A stretch of 61,842 bases of DNA, filler included, from Hausera hauseri (taxonomy: Eukaryota), in NCBI GenBank assembly GCA_046269625.1. It is 10 parts of 10 records of this genome, joined end to end, with 100 filler letters (N's around TTAATTAATTAA, not from the genome) between each part and the next. Parts side by side here need not be neighbours in the genome. Positions count along the whole stretch, not along the records: positions 49,466 to 55,211 come from JBJURY010195859.1; positions 55,312 to 61,842 come from JBJURY010090654.1; 8 more parts are not named here. One strand, 5' to 3'. The notes under the pieces were generated by a model. The model worked only from the letters and a program-made list of their open reading frames with translations, was not told the origin of the DNA and made no database searches. Shown here one piece after another: positions 49,466 through 60,230 of this stretch (positions are counted from its first letter, which is position 1; the number at the start of each line of letters is the position of its first letter). The position numbers and the translations under genes were made by a program.

Positions 49466-52400
49466 CCTAAAGCAGTAAAACCGTAGTCAATGTAGAAAGT
49501 AATAACGACGAATACTCTTTTATTTACAGTATTTTAGTCATTAAAATATGACGAAGTGCCCAAGAAATCGTGTAATTGTTCAAAACAATATCGTGAGTAT
49601 TTTTCCGAATTGGACTTTGAAAGCTGGATGCCGATGAAACTCAAAACCATTCCGGCTTTTGAACGGCGTAATCCGACACCGTCAATCGACGTTTTCCGGT
49701 ACAATTCAGCAATAGAGATACCGACAGATGAGGAAATTTACAAAAATCCTCACGTGGACATAATCTATCGAAGTTGGAACCCGAATGGACGTCTTATATA
49801 CCTGTTTCTGTTGGAGCAGGCAGAAAATTTTCATCACATGGCTGTAACAAATCTGGTCAGACTGCTGAACACGGACCATGACCAGTTCATCCAAAAACAA
49901 ATACGCTGTAAATGGTGCCCTATATGTTTGCATGACTTCAGATCAGAAACGGCGCGGGAAAAACACGCGGCGCTATGCAGAAGAAATGTATCTGGAACAA
50001 CAATGTACGTGTTGCTCGTCAAAAGGGAGCTGAGATTCAGTGACTTGTCGAAAACGGACAGTCCAGCATATGTGGTCTATGCCGATATTGAAGCAATTCT
50101 ACCGCGGCACAACGTATACGACAAAAAGTATATCCCAATCGCCGTTGGTATTTTGCTAGTACTAATAAAATCCAAGGGATAACCGCAGTATTACGTTTTC
50201 CACGAATGGAACTGTACGTGATTTTTTGCACCAGTTGGAGGTAATAGTGGAAAGGGAAATTGCACCGTAGTACAGGAACAACAGCACTAAGCCTTTGATC
50301 TGGGCAGACGAAGACGAACACCTTAGGTTTACAGTCACATAAATGTTACCTGTGCCATGAAACATTACCATTCGATAAACAGGAACGGCTCGAACCTGAT
50401 CACGAACACTTTACTGGACGATACTTGGGATCAGCATGCAATTCATGCAATTTAGCACGGCGTGCGCGGCTATTCCTGCCGGTGATATTTCATAACTTCA
50501 GAGGTTATGATTGTCACCATATTTTGAAATGGGCCATTAATGGATTTCCACACTGGGAACTGTCCATAATCCGAACAACGATGGAGAAATACCTATCTCT
50601 GGCGGCACGTATAAACCGGTTCTAGGTGCGATTCCTTGACTCATTACAGTTCCTCAGTGAGTCTCTAGCAAAGCTGGTAAATGCCTTTCCGGATGTGCCG
50701 TTAACATCAACGCAGTTTCCGATGCATATTGCACGTAGCAAAGGTATATTCCCGTATGACTTTGCTGTATCGTACGAGCGGCTTCAGACAACAAAGGAAT
50801 TGCTGCCGCAGTGGCCCAGTATAACAGAAGATGAATATTGCAGCGCACAGGAATCTTGGTCAGAGATCGGCTGCAGAAGCCTATTTGATTACATGCTCCA
50901 GTATTTGAAACTGGGCGTGTACTTGCTGGCCGACGTGTTTTAGACATTTTGAACTAAGGCGTTGGCGGAAGATAGGCTGGAGCCGCTCAACTTTTAGTCC
51001 ATATCGGGAATCAGTTGGGCGTCGGCTCTGATATCACTGGTCCGGGACATTGAGTTGTTGAAAGACCTAGAAATGTACCGACTGTTTGATGTTGGTATTC
51101 ATGGCGGCATTACATTGTCAACAAGCACCACGTAACCAGTGATGATAACACCACGTCACTGCTGTACATTGACATTAATAACCTGTACAGCTGGGCGCTT
51201 TCTTAACCCTTGCCGTATAGTTCATTTAAATGGCTAACCGACAAGCATGATCTGGAGGCAATATTGGAAAATTTATTGAGAGCAGATACGGCAGAAAACA
51301 GCTCATTCGGCTACATGATGGAACTTGATCTCGTGGTACCGGATGAGTTGCATGGCGCTTTGGATCAATTGTCTGTCGCACTAATCAGCTAATGTCCGCT
51401 CGGCAGCTCAAAGATGAAGAAACTGCTCATGACGCATGAAGCGAAGATGAATTACGTGATCCATTGGCGTCTGCTACAGTTCTACATGCAGCTCGCTGTG
51501 CGCGTCACACGGCTGCATCGCGCAATCAAATTCAATCAGGCGCCGATATTCGAGGCATACATTGACGGAAATTCAGAAAAACGAGCCACAGCTTCCACAA
51601 AGTTCGAAATGCACTACTACAAGTTGAAAAATAATTTTCTCTAAGGCAAAACGGTAGAGAAGCTCAAAAAGCGACTCAGTGTGCTCCTATGTAGCTACGA
51701 AAAGCTGCTGGTTATGTACACCAGCAAGGCTCAGTTCAGGCGGTCAATGACATTGCCGATGGATTGATCGCCGTGTTGTTAAACAAGGAAGAAGTACTGG
51801 ACTGACCAAGCTATATCGGACAAGTGGTATTGGAGCTTTGCAAGTTGCGAATGTACGAGCACCAGTATCGCGACTTGGCACGTTACCGGCAAATGTTTGG
51901 CGGCGACGGTGGCTGTGAGATCGGTATCGTTGCCGGTGACACAGACAGCTTTTTCCTTGAGCTGAAAAACATCAATCCAGACCGGCTGCTCCGACAAATT
52001 ATGTCAGATGGACTACTATATACGTCCAATTATACGCAGAATCATCCGCTGTGTAGCAAAGCCATCACGAAAAAAATCGGCTGCTTCAAGGATGAAAGCG
52101 AAGGCCGTGTTCAGTACCGAGAATGTATATTCTTGCGCTCAAAGTGGTGGTCTCCTGACGGACTGTGGACCGAATATGCGCTCAAAAGGCGTTCAGCTGT
52201 CCCAGACGGAAATCAGCCACGGTAATTATTGCCGTATCTATGAAGCAGTAGCAGCAGAAGACAGGACGACAAAGAGGGGGAGGAGGAAAATCAATGGCTG
52301 TATATCATAACAAACACAAAAATCGCTTTGTCATGTAATGATGATAAGCGAAAGTGGATGGGGCGAAATAAGAGTTGGGCGTATGGGCATTGGCGTTTGA
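49466..52400 (+). pseudogene. pPolB, decayed but complete at the C-terminus
   Basis: PVIFHNFRGYDCH, FLDSLQFL, KGIFPYD, SLLYIDINNLY, YKLKNNFL*GK, AGDTDSFFL, IGCFKDE, DDKRKW, AYGHW. Confidence 0.92.
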
Positions 52401-52689
52401 AAGAACACATCTTATTCCTTATATGCTCCGATGATTCGAGGCAGACAGTTACAGTCATTTGTACATTGTGACAATTACTGAAATCTTGTGATTTTTACTG
52501 TTGTTATGTCAATAATGTATTTTTTTCACCAACTTTTCGTTTTGTTTTATAGTTTAATATTTTTCATATTAAATAATGAGTAAGAAAACGTTAGTTATAA
52601 TTAAATTTTAATACAGTATTAAAAAGTCAATTTAACACTACAAATGCAAATAAGTTTATTAAGCATTAATCACAAATCACAAAATTACG

Positions 52690-52914
52690 TCAAATCAAAC
52701 TGCATTTTGCCACTTTCCACATTGGGGATTTCACGAACGTCATCTCCTTGTAGCCTTTCAGCTTCAGAGTTAAGTAGCCTTTAGCTTCTTCAGGTAGCAA
52801 TGCTGAAGGAGCTAATGCTTGTGCTTCTTCATTTGAACGGGCAATTTTCCATATATTGCCCTTGAGAAAAAAATGAGGAGATATCTCGAATATATTTAGA
52901 CAACTCCAAGTCAT
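52690..52914 (-). pseudogene. 3' part of the conserved convergent Polinton ORF (paralog of 3407-3863)
   Basis: KIARSNEEAQALAPSALLPEEAKGYLTLKLKGYKEMTFVKSPMWKVAKCSLI*. Confidence 0.65.
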
Positions 52915-52954
52915 TGTCGAGTTTTTTCATTGCTTCCACCATTTTCTTAGCCTC

Positions 52955-53140
52955 CAGACAACCCCAGCAAGACGGTGAACTACCATATTTCGTTGGCAAC
53001 AGTATGTCTCTGGATGGTTGCGTACATTGGCACGTTTAGCATTTCCGGTGTTGAAGCCTATTGGAGCCGTGGCAGCAAAAACAGCACAGGATGTACTATA
53101 TGAAAACAAATCGATTTTACCATCATTGAAGGAACACACC
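52955..53140 (+). pseudogene. Polinton small core-protein fragment
   Basis: QQDGELPYFVG...SGWLRTLARLAFPVLKPIGAVAAKTAQDVLYENK resembles the QxGxGLPxFxG...LFRxAxPxLK...DVLxG family. Confidence 0.6.
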
Positions 53141-53145
53141 TTGAC

Positions 53146-53765
53146 AGAAATAATACCTACTGCCCGGTTTTAAAGCTATGATTTTGCTTAAACGAAGCGA
53201 CAATATCTTTTGTTTGAATGCCGCCGTTGCAAATCTCAAACCCATACTGAAAATTACCAAGGCACGATTATACATGCGTCGTGTAAGGGTAGAACCATCT
53301 GTGCTCATGGGACATCGATTGGGCTTTGGCACACAAAATGCCTGTTACCCATTACAACTCACAGAACTCGTCTTTTACGCCATACCCAAAGGTTCAACTA
53401 CGTTTTACAAAGATGCACTATTTGGCGACATGCAATTGCCGAAATTTGTGCTCGTTACATTTCAAACGACTGTTCAACAATCGGGCAGTTATAAGACCGA
53501 TTCGAAAACGTTTCGACAAACTGGCGGCAGTAGCTTTATTGTCAATACGCACACTTCATCGTTGCCGGGCGAACACTGGATTGCTGTGTACGTTCACCAT
53601 ACGACCAACGTCGTCAGAGTATTCGATCCGCTCGGATTTTACTACCCGTCATCGTTTGTTTCTCAAATTGAAAGACAATCACCATCGTTAAATCGTGTTG
53701 AACACAATCGATTTTATTATCAACATCCACTGACTGTATTGTGTGGACATTATTGCTTACTGTGA
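53146..53765 (+). pseudogene. In-frame fusion of a double-jelly-roll major capsid protein fragment (about 53146-53520) and an adenain-type cysteine protease (about 53530-53765)
   Basis: YLLPG..ILLKRSDNIFCL..LKITKARLYMRRVRVEPSVL..H...YP...YAIPKG...LFG..LPKFVLV (MCP), then IVNT...PGEHWIAVY...FDPLG...YQHP....CGHYCLL (catalytic H, D, Q, C). Confidence 0.85.
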
Positions 53766-54005
53766 CTAACGTTACAGACACTTGCATGAACAATGATTGT
53801 ACTTTGTGTTCATTTTGAGTGAAATACAGTATTTTGTTACACATGTGTTATTATTGCCATCATTTCGACGTCCCTTTGCTACAAGCACACACTCACTCTT
53901 TACGTCACAACTCGTTATTTCGTTTTGCATGCAGGCATGTTTGGAGCGTAACGCACACTTGTATCACGTCACGCCTCACTATTACACGTGTCAACTCGTC
54001 GTGTA

Positions 54006-54375
54006 CCGGCTTTGTCTTCTGCTACACGCAAAACCGACCGCACTACTGAACTCGCTGTTGTCGATTTGACCACAAGCCGTTCATTTACCGGCGCTAACAT
54101 CAATGGATCCATTGAAATTCACCTGCTTTTCCATTGGCGCCACCTTTTCCTCTCTTTGACTGACTTTCCTACTTTTCCCAAACATGCAACGCCCGTACTC
54201 TACTCTACACTTTCTCCAATCCATCCCTGCTCAAATTTTGCTTCTGGAAAAAGTTAGTTTTTTCTTTTGCATTTTCCGGCTTTGTCTTTTGAGACACAGG
54301 AAATCCGACCGCACTACTGAACTCGCCGTGGTCAAATTGACCAATCAGCATGCGAGCCGCTTGTGATTGGTCAAT
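54006..54375. repeat. Subterminal ~65-nt imperfect direct repeat pair and a CCAAT-containing hairpin
   Basis: CCGGCTTTGTCTT...CCGACCGCACTACTGAACTCGC...TTGACCA at about 54006 and 54276; TTGACCAATCA...TGATTGGTCAA inverted pair at about 54337-54374. Confidence 0.75.
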
Positions 54376-54771
54376 TAGTGCGTGGGTGGAACCCTCCCTC
54401 GCTTTGTCTTTTTTTCCCTCCTATCCTAAACTATATGTTTATGTTTGTACCACTAGCTTGAACGCACAGTAACATAAAAATTTTGAGTGCAAATATCTGA
54501 GTCTGCTGTACGTGAAGAACCCCCCACCCCCCAGCTGCTGTCGCCTGCATTCACCTGAGATTTCTCTCCAGGTACTGTTTGCCTCCTGCACTTTTCCCTC
54601 GGGTCCCTCTTCACCTCTCTGACTGCTGGTTCATGCTCTCTGCCTGCAGTGTGGACAGTCCAGTCAACTATTTTAGATTCTCTTTTGTTTATTTTTCCGA
54701 TTGTCTCAGAGTGTTTTCTCTGTCATTTTTTTTATGGACCTCTTCACCTTGTGTGTATCTGTGTCCTCCTA

Positions 54772-55030
54772 TCAAATTCAAATTCAATTCAAGTCACATA
54801 GCTCTAAGTTGCAACAAACATCGTCTCAGGTCTCAGTAACAAACAAAAAAAAAAACAGTTTATGTAAGGAAGCATATTGTGTTGAATCTTCATTTCATCA
54901 GTCTCCCATCCTGAGCAGCACATTGGTGACAGTGGAGAGAAAAAACTCCTTTTTAACAGGAAGAAACCTGCAGCAGAACCAGAACCAGGCTCAGGATTGG
55001 TGGGCTTCTGCCTCGACGGGCTGGGTTTGG
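54772..55030 (-). repeat. Teleost-type LINE2/SINE 3'-end repeat
   Basis: CAAATTCAAATTCAATTCAAG tail and GACAGTGGAGAGAAAAAACTCCTTTTTAACAGGAAGAAACCTGCAGCAGAACCAG, a motif common in fish genomes. Confidence 0.65.
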
Positions 55031-55364
55031 GACACAGAGAAACACAGAAGAGCTGGTCCAGGTGTATTTCCTTCTGGAAGCGAGGCCAAGGAGTAATTAT
55101 AATGAGCATGTAGAGCAGAGCAGTGGCATGTGCGGATATTTTGGGGGTCGAGTGGAAAAATAGTACACCTTGTGCAGTGCACTGAATTGCTGGCTGTCCT
55201 GGTAGTGGACGNNNNNNNNNNNNNNNNNNNNNNNNNNNNNNNNNNNNNNNNNNNNTTAATTAATTAANNNNNNNNNNNNNNNNNNNNNNNNNNNNNNNNN
55301 NNNNNNNNNNNAGTTCTATCTTGTGCAGAATTTAATTCTGCGTCGAATGGTGTATGAGACAACT

Positions 55365-56107
55365 TCATGGGACTTTTCCCTGTTGTGCCCATTCTAGAAT
55401 TTCACCGAAATAATTGGCACAAGAAACGTAGGTGAACATTCCGCCGAAGGGAATTGAATATCCCGATTGTCGTTTACGCAATGACAACAACGAATAGTCC
55501 GAATGAATGTTAATAAGCATGCCGATAAAAAACAAAATAACTCCTTGTAACAATGATATCAACAATGAACAAACCACAATTCTAAATCATACCGAAAACA
55601 CTGACCATTGTCATTTCACCGGAAACATTCGACATCTGCAGTGACTGCATCAATCCATTATACGAACAAAATACAAAAGCAAGAAATGTCGTCGATAAGG
55701 GCAACGGTTTTCCGTTTTGTATGAATTGGGGATAAATAAGACTTCTAACAAATATAGGATAAATTATGTAACAAATGAAAATACCTGTGAAAATAATGAA
55801 GACAAAACAAACATAAAATACACGTTGACGTTTGGATGCCTTTCATTATGAACAGCACAATCATAAAAACAAAAGGAATGATAAACGAAGGGAATTCTTG
55901 AAATATCCAACAATACTTAGCGGGTATGGGTGGGTCATATTTATAGTTGGCGAATTTACCGTATGGGGCATTATGTTTTAATAGTAACAGAAAACAGACA
56001 AATCCCACAAATATCATCCAAAAGCTGAGATAATTCAAAACACTTTGATTTTGCAAGTATAATAAAACAGTCGTTAAATGATCATATCCAAAATACGGTG
56101 ATTTCAT
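55365..56107 (-). CDS. SRD5A1: Steroid 5-alpha-reductase (SRD5A1/2 family), three visible exons, C-terminus missing
   Basis: APYGKF, WIFQEFPSF, HYFHR|SLIYP, FCSYNGLMQ, GMLINIHSDYSLLSLR, YSIPFGGMFTYVSCANYFGEILEW; GT-AG introns at 55745-55784 (40 nt) and 55544-55592 (49 nt) restore the frame. Confidence 0.88.
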
Positions 56108-56711
56108 AGGGAATGTGTCAAATAATGTGCCAAGTAAATTAGACTTAAATGTGTGCTATAGCTCTCAATAAAATTTAATACTATATAGATGTATCTAAAA
56201 GTCGTCTATTCGGTTCATTCTGGGTAACTTGAGCTCGCTTCTTAAAACAAAGATATTAATTAAACATTAATTCGATAATATAATCAATATTGCCTTAGAT
56301 ATTGAATAGCACATACGTCTGTTGTGCTTTGTTTATTGTGGCAGACATGACATCTTATAATATTAATATTACGACTAGATGAAATGACATCCAGTTTTTA
56401 ATATAATTATATTTTACATAGAATAGAAAATATTTATTAAAAAGATTTAAAAATTTAATTGTTTTTCCATTATTTAACCGAAATGAGTTGAAAAATAATT
56501 TTTTTGTTTAGCCACAACATAGAGAACGATTTTTTGAAATTTTTCTTTCACAAATTCGTTTTTTGATCATAAAATTTTGTTTCAGAATAAATTAAATATA
56601 TATTTTAGTATTAAACTTAAGCATCCAATAAATAATTTGTTTACATATTCTAAAGCAAACATTTTTGAGTTTTAATAAAGTTTCATTTTATTTTTGTAGA
56701 TTGTTCGATAA
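56108..56711. promoter_or_regulatory. AT-rich intergenic region between divergently transcribed genes (putative bidirectional promoter)
   Basis: SRD5A and ERCC6L are head-to-head about 600 nt apart. A possible splice acceptor TTTTTGTAG at about 56699 may indicate a 5' exon. Confidence 0.4.
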
Positions 56712-59700
56712 ATGATCGAGTTTTCAGATGACGATTATATATTAGATGTTGAGCAAAAGTATACAGATTTCTATAAAACTAGCAAGAGATTATATAATGA
56801 TGGACATCCAGAACAAAGTTTATTGTATTTAAGAAAAGCTTATAAATTAAAACCGAGTAGTGTATTAGAACAAAAGATAGAGTTATTGGTGAATTATATC
56901 AAAGAAGAAAGGAAAGAAAATGTTTTAGATATTGAATGTAGAAATACCGATGAGAAGGTACTGCTTGAAGATGGAATTTATGTTAATGCCGGTTATTACA
57001 ACAAACTTTACAGTTATCAACGTGAAGGAGTCAAATGGCTTTTCCAAATATTCAAAAGTAAACTTGGCGGTATCCTAGCCGATGACATGGGTCTTGGTAA
57101 AACGATCCAAGTGATATTTTTTATACGGGAATTATTTGAGGCGAAGAAAGTGAGTAAAGTATTCATCATTATGCCCAAATCGTTATTGCACACATGGGGA
57201 CGGGAATTCGACCGATGGGCGCCGAAAATCAAAGTATTAGAATTTTATTCCAATGACAAATTGAAAAATCTACGAAAAATCAAAGCCCAAAAGGGTGTTT
57301 TACTATCTACATTTTCGACAATTGTTAATAATTGGCCAGAATTAGAAAAGGAAAAAGATGTTTGGGATTTACTGATTATTGATGAAGGACATAAAATTAA
57401 AAATTCCCACACAAAATCCTTTAAATCCATTGATGGAATGAAAGCTGTCGTGAGAATTATCATGACTGGTACGGCAGTGCAGAATAATCTCAGGGAATTG
57501 TGGACGCTGTTCAATTTCACTCATCAAGGCCGACTGTTGGGTCGGTACAATACGTTTAAGAAAGAATATGAAAAGCCAATCACCAATGCCCGAAATCGAG
57601 ACGTAACCGAATATGAGAAAGCTCTTGGAGACGTCATGGCCAAAAGCCTTAAAGGTATCATTAATCCCTATTTCCTTCGACGGACCAAAGAAGAAGTAAC
57701 GAATATGAGCGATATGAATTTACCGAAATTGTCATTGAAAAATGATTTGGTAGTTTGGGTAAAAATGTCCGACATTCAAATTGAAATATACAAGAAATTC
57801 CTCGAATTGGATCAAATCAAAGAACTGCTCACCGGCAGAGTAAATCGCTCGCCATTGTTGGAATTGAATATTCTCAAGAAAATCTGCGATCATTTACGAT
57901 TGTTACCGCCAGACAAATGTAAAACACTAGGTGTGAAATTCAGTGTCAGCATTGGCGAAGTGGATATTTCCGATTTGTTAAAGGAATCTGGTAAAATGGG
58001 TGTCGTACAAACGTTGTTGAATAACTTGGTTGCCAATGGCCATAAAGTGTTATTTTTTTCACAGAGCAAAATCATTCTGAATATCATGGAACGGATTTTG
58101 CGGAATTTGAATATTCGCTTTTTACGATTAGATGGCGATATCATCTCGAATATCGAACGACAGACGATTATCGACACGTTCAACGGATCGAATTTGTATC
58201 GGGTACTCATTTTAACAACGCAAGTCGGTGGTGTAGGATTGACGTTGACCGCCGCCGATCGAGTTATTATTTACGATCCCAGTTGGAATCCGGCGACTGA
58301 TTCGCAGGCCGTCGATCGAATTTACCGAATCGGGCAGAACAAAGACGTTGTTATCTATCGACTGATAACGTGCGGCAGTGTCGAAGAGAAAATCTACCGT
58401 CGGCAAGTGTTCAAGGATTCCATTAATCGTCAGACGACATCCGTTCAGAAAGTCGATGAAAACGTATTCCGATATTTTACACAAAATGAACTGCGAGAAC
58501 TCTTCATAATGGGCGATCCGTCGTCGTCTGGTACGCAGGTTCAGTTGGAGGAAATGCACGCCGGGAATCGACAATCGTATCCGGCATTAGATCAACACAT
58601 TCAATGGTTGAATGGAATTGGGATATTCGGTATTAGTGATCACGATCAGATGTTTACGAAGGAGGATAAATCGTTTAGCATTTCGAAAGAGCTGAAGGAG
58701 CAAAGTAAACAGGCTGAACTGTGGCTGCGTCAGGATGCTGAGAATGTGGATTTACTCGGTGGATCCGATGGTTATCGATCGATAAAGACGGATAGTTATG
58801 AGTACTTTAACAAACGTGAGATGTTTGGTCAGAGTAATCAGCGAATACCGTTTTCGAGTCAATTGAAAATGATCGAGGATATGGATCGATTGTTGCCGCA
58901 TCAAAATACCGAGGTGAAGTCATTGCACCTCAACGACAGTCTCAATAAAGATAATGACTGTATCGATGTGACGGTATGGGTGTTGCTGACTGAACGACAG
59001 ATGTGCACGTATACAGCATGTGCCGATGGATATCCACTGAATGAGGCGTACATTATGAATGCTGAAATATATCGTCAGAAAGTCGACGTTCTCATGAGAG
59101 CTGCCGATGACATTCGTTTGCTGCCGGACGATACGAAACTCGTCATGGATATTGTCAACACGAAAACTGGCGCATTCCAAACCGAACCGAATCTCGTCGA
59201 CGAGTCCGGCAAATTGCAGCTGCTTTGTGCGTTGTTGAACGATCTGATCGCCAGTTACCAGATGACAGTGGTGCTTGTCGAGTCGGAGGAAATGCTGCAG
59301 CTCATCGATGAACAGTTGCGATTGAAACAAGTTCCATTCAAGAACCTGATAACGGCAGCAGACCCATTCATCAATTTCTACACGGGTAATGCCATATCGA
59401 CACGATCAACGATATCCAAAGTCACGACGGCTATGGTAACGAGAGTCATACTGTTTGACGCAGTACGTCATTTGGCTACCGATACTGACTTTATTCGACA
59501 TCTGTGCCGATCGAGTCGTCGTGCGAATTTCGTTGCATTTCGCCTGTTGACGTGTGGCACTATCGAGGAGAAGATTTATCGTCAGTTCGTGTTTTCTGGT
59601 CATTGTGAAAATATCCGCAACAATACGGAACGGCTATTCAAAGGACTGGACCAGACGGAGATCGTGGACTTGTTGTCCATGGAGAATCTGTCCATGTCAC

Positions 59701-60230
59701 TAACCCACATGCAATTGGAGGATATGGAAATGGATGCCGGCGGTGTGCCTCATTGTTGTCTGTCCGATATGGAGAAAATGTCCTTGTTACGACAGAACGT
59801 GTACGGCATCAATGATCACGCACGGGCTATGCGCATTGACGGACGGATTAATTTGCAACCGGTGTCGGAAATCGTCTTGGAACCAAACGGAAACTCGTCA
59901 ACAGAAATCGTTTATAAAACCAACGAGAAAACGTCGTCGATGTTATCGGAAAATTTCCACAATTACGCCAGTAGTTTGCCGGTAAAACGGAATTTGTCAC
60001 CAAATACGTATTTGGATACAGTATCGACGTCATACATCAAACGACGTAGACCTAAAGACCATTTCGTCAATTCGATGTATGTCAGATCGGCATTGAAAAA
60101 TCTAAACAATTCTGTTCAACGGAAATCCGGTTTTGTAGCTTATGAAGATCTGACGTACGATACTGGTGATGAAGGTGACGATGAAACATTGTCCAATGAT
60201 AGTGAGGATGACTTAGTGATCGTGAACTAA
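56712..60230 (+). CDS. ERCC6L: ERCC6L/PICH SNF2-family DNA translocase with a duplicated, degenerate second helicase-C/PICH-family module
   Basis: N-terminal TPR, GILADDMGLGKT, DEGH, TGTAVQNNLRELW, PICH-typical EKPITNARNRDVT.YEKALG, PYFLRRTK, LTTQVGGVGLTLTAADRV, WNPATDSQAVDRIYRIGQ, GISDHD; intact 1172-aa frame. Confidence 0.95.
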   Translation: MIEFSDDDYILDVEQKYTDFYKTSKRLYNDGHPEQSLLYLRKAYKLKPSSVLEQKIELLVNYIKEERKENVLDIECRNTDEKVLLEDGIYVNAGYYNKLYSYQREGVKWLFQIFKSKLGGILADDMGLGKTIQVIFFIRELFEAKKVSKVFIIMPKSLLHTWGREFDRWAPKIKVLEFYSNDKLKNLRKIKAQKGVLLSTFSTIVNNWPELEKEKDVWDLLIIDEGHKIKNSHTKSFKSIDGMKAVVRIIMTGTAVQNNLRELWTLFNFTHQGRLLGRYNTFKKEYEKPITNARNRDVTEYEKALGDVMAKSLKGIINPYFLRRTKEEVTNMSDMNLPKLSLKNDLVVWVKMSDIQIEIYKKFLELDQIKELLTGRVNRSPLLELNILKKICDHLRLLPPDKCKTLGVKFSVSIGEVDISDLLKESGKMGVVQTLLNNLVANGHKVLFFSQSKIILNIMERILRNLNIRFLRLDGDIISNIERQTIIDTFNGSNLYRVLILTTQVGGVGLTLTAADRVIIYDPSWNPATDSQAVDRIYRIGQNKDVVIYRLITCGSVEEKIYRRQVFKDSINRQTTSVQKVDENVFRYFTQNELRELFIMGDPSSSGTQVQLEEMHAGNRQSYPALDQHIQWLNGIGIFGISDHDQMFTKEDKSFSISKELKEQSKQAELWLRQDAENVDLLGGSDGYRSIKTDSYEYFNKREMFGQSNQRIPFSSQLKMIEDMDRLLPHQNTEVKSLHLNDSLNKDNDCIDVTVWVLLTERQMCTYTACADGYPLNEAYIMNAEIYRQKVDVLMRAADDIRLLPDDTKLVMDIVNTKTGAFQTEPNLVDESGKLQLLCALLNDLIASYQMTVVLVESEEMLQLIDEQLRLKQVPFKNLITAADPFINFYTGNAISTRSTISKVTTAMVTRVILFDAVRHLATDTDFIRHLCRSSRRANFVAFRLLTCGTIEEKIYRQFVFSGHCENIRNNTERLFKGLDQTEIVDLLSMENLSMSLTHMQLEDMEMDAGGVPHCCLSDMEKMSLLRQNVYGINDHARAMRIDGRINLQPVSEIVLEPNGNSSTEIVYKTNEKTSSMLSENFHNYASSLPVKRNLSPNTYLDTVSTSYIKRRRPKDHFVNSMYVRSALKNLNNSVQRKSGFVAYEDLTYDTGDEGDDETLSNDSEDDLVIVN

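Larger units (their letters stand above)
49466..54454. mobile_element. Second Polinton of the contig-A family, internally deleted, with a probable right terminus
   Basis: pPolB is alignable by eye with 830-3335; conserved convergent ORF, core-protein, capsid and protease fragments, subterminal repeats. Confidence 0.85.

Noticed and set aside
1-52400. Alternative genetic code explaining the many in-frame stops
   Set aside because: All three stop types and many frameshifts occur at different positions in paralogous copies, which is ordinary pseudogene decay.
6895-55311. Recurrent TTAATTAATTAA palindrome, and gene neighbourhoods across it (for example a single ubiquitin system made of E1 + RING + UBL, or B and C as an inverted pair)
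   Set aside because: The motif is an artificial linker; adjacency between contigs carries no biological information.
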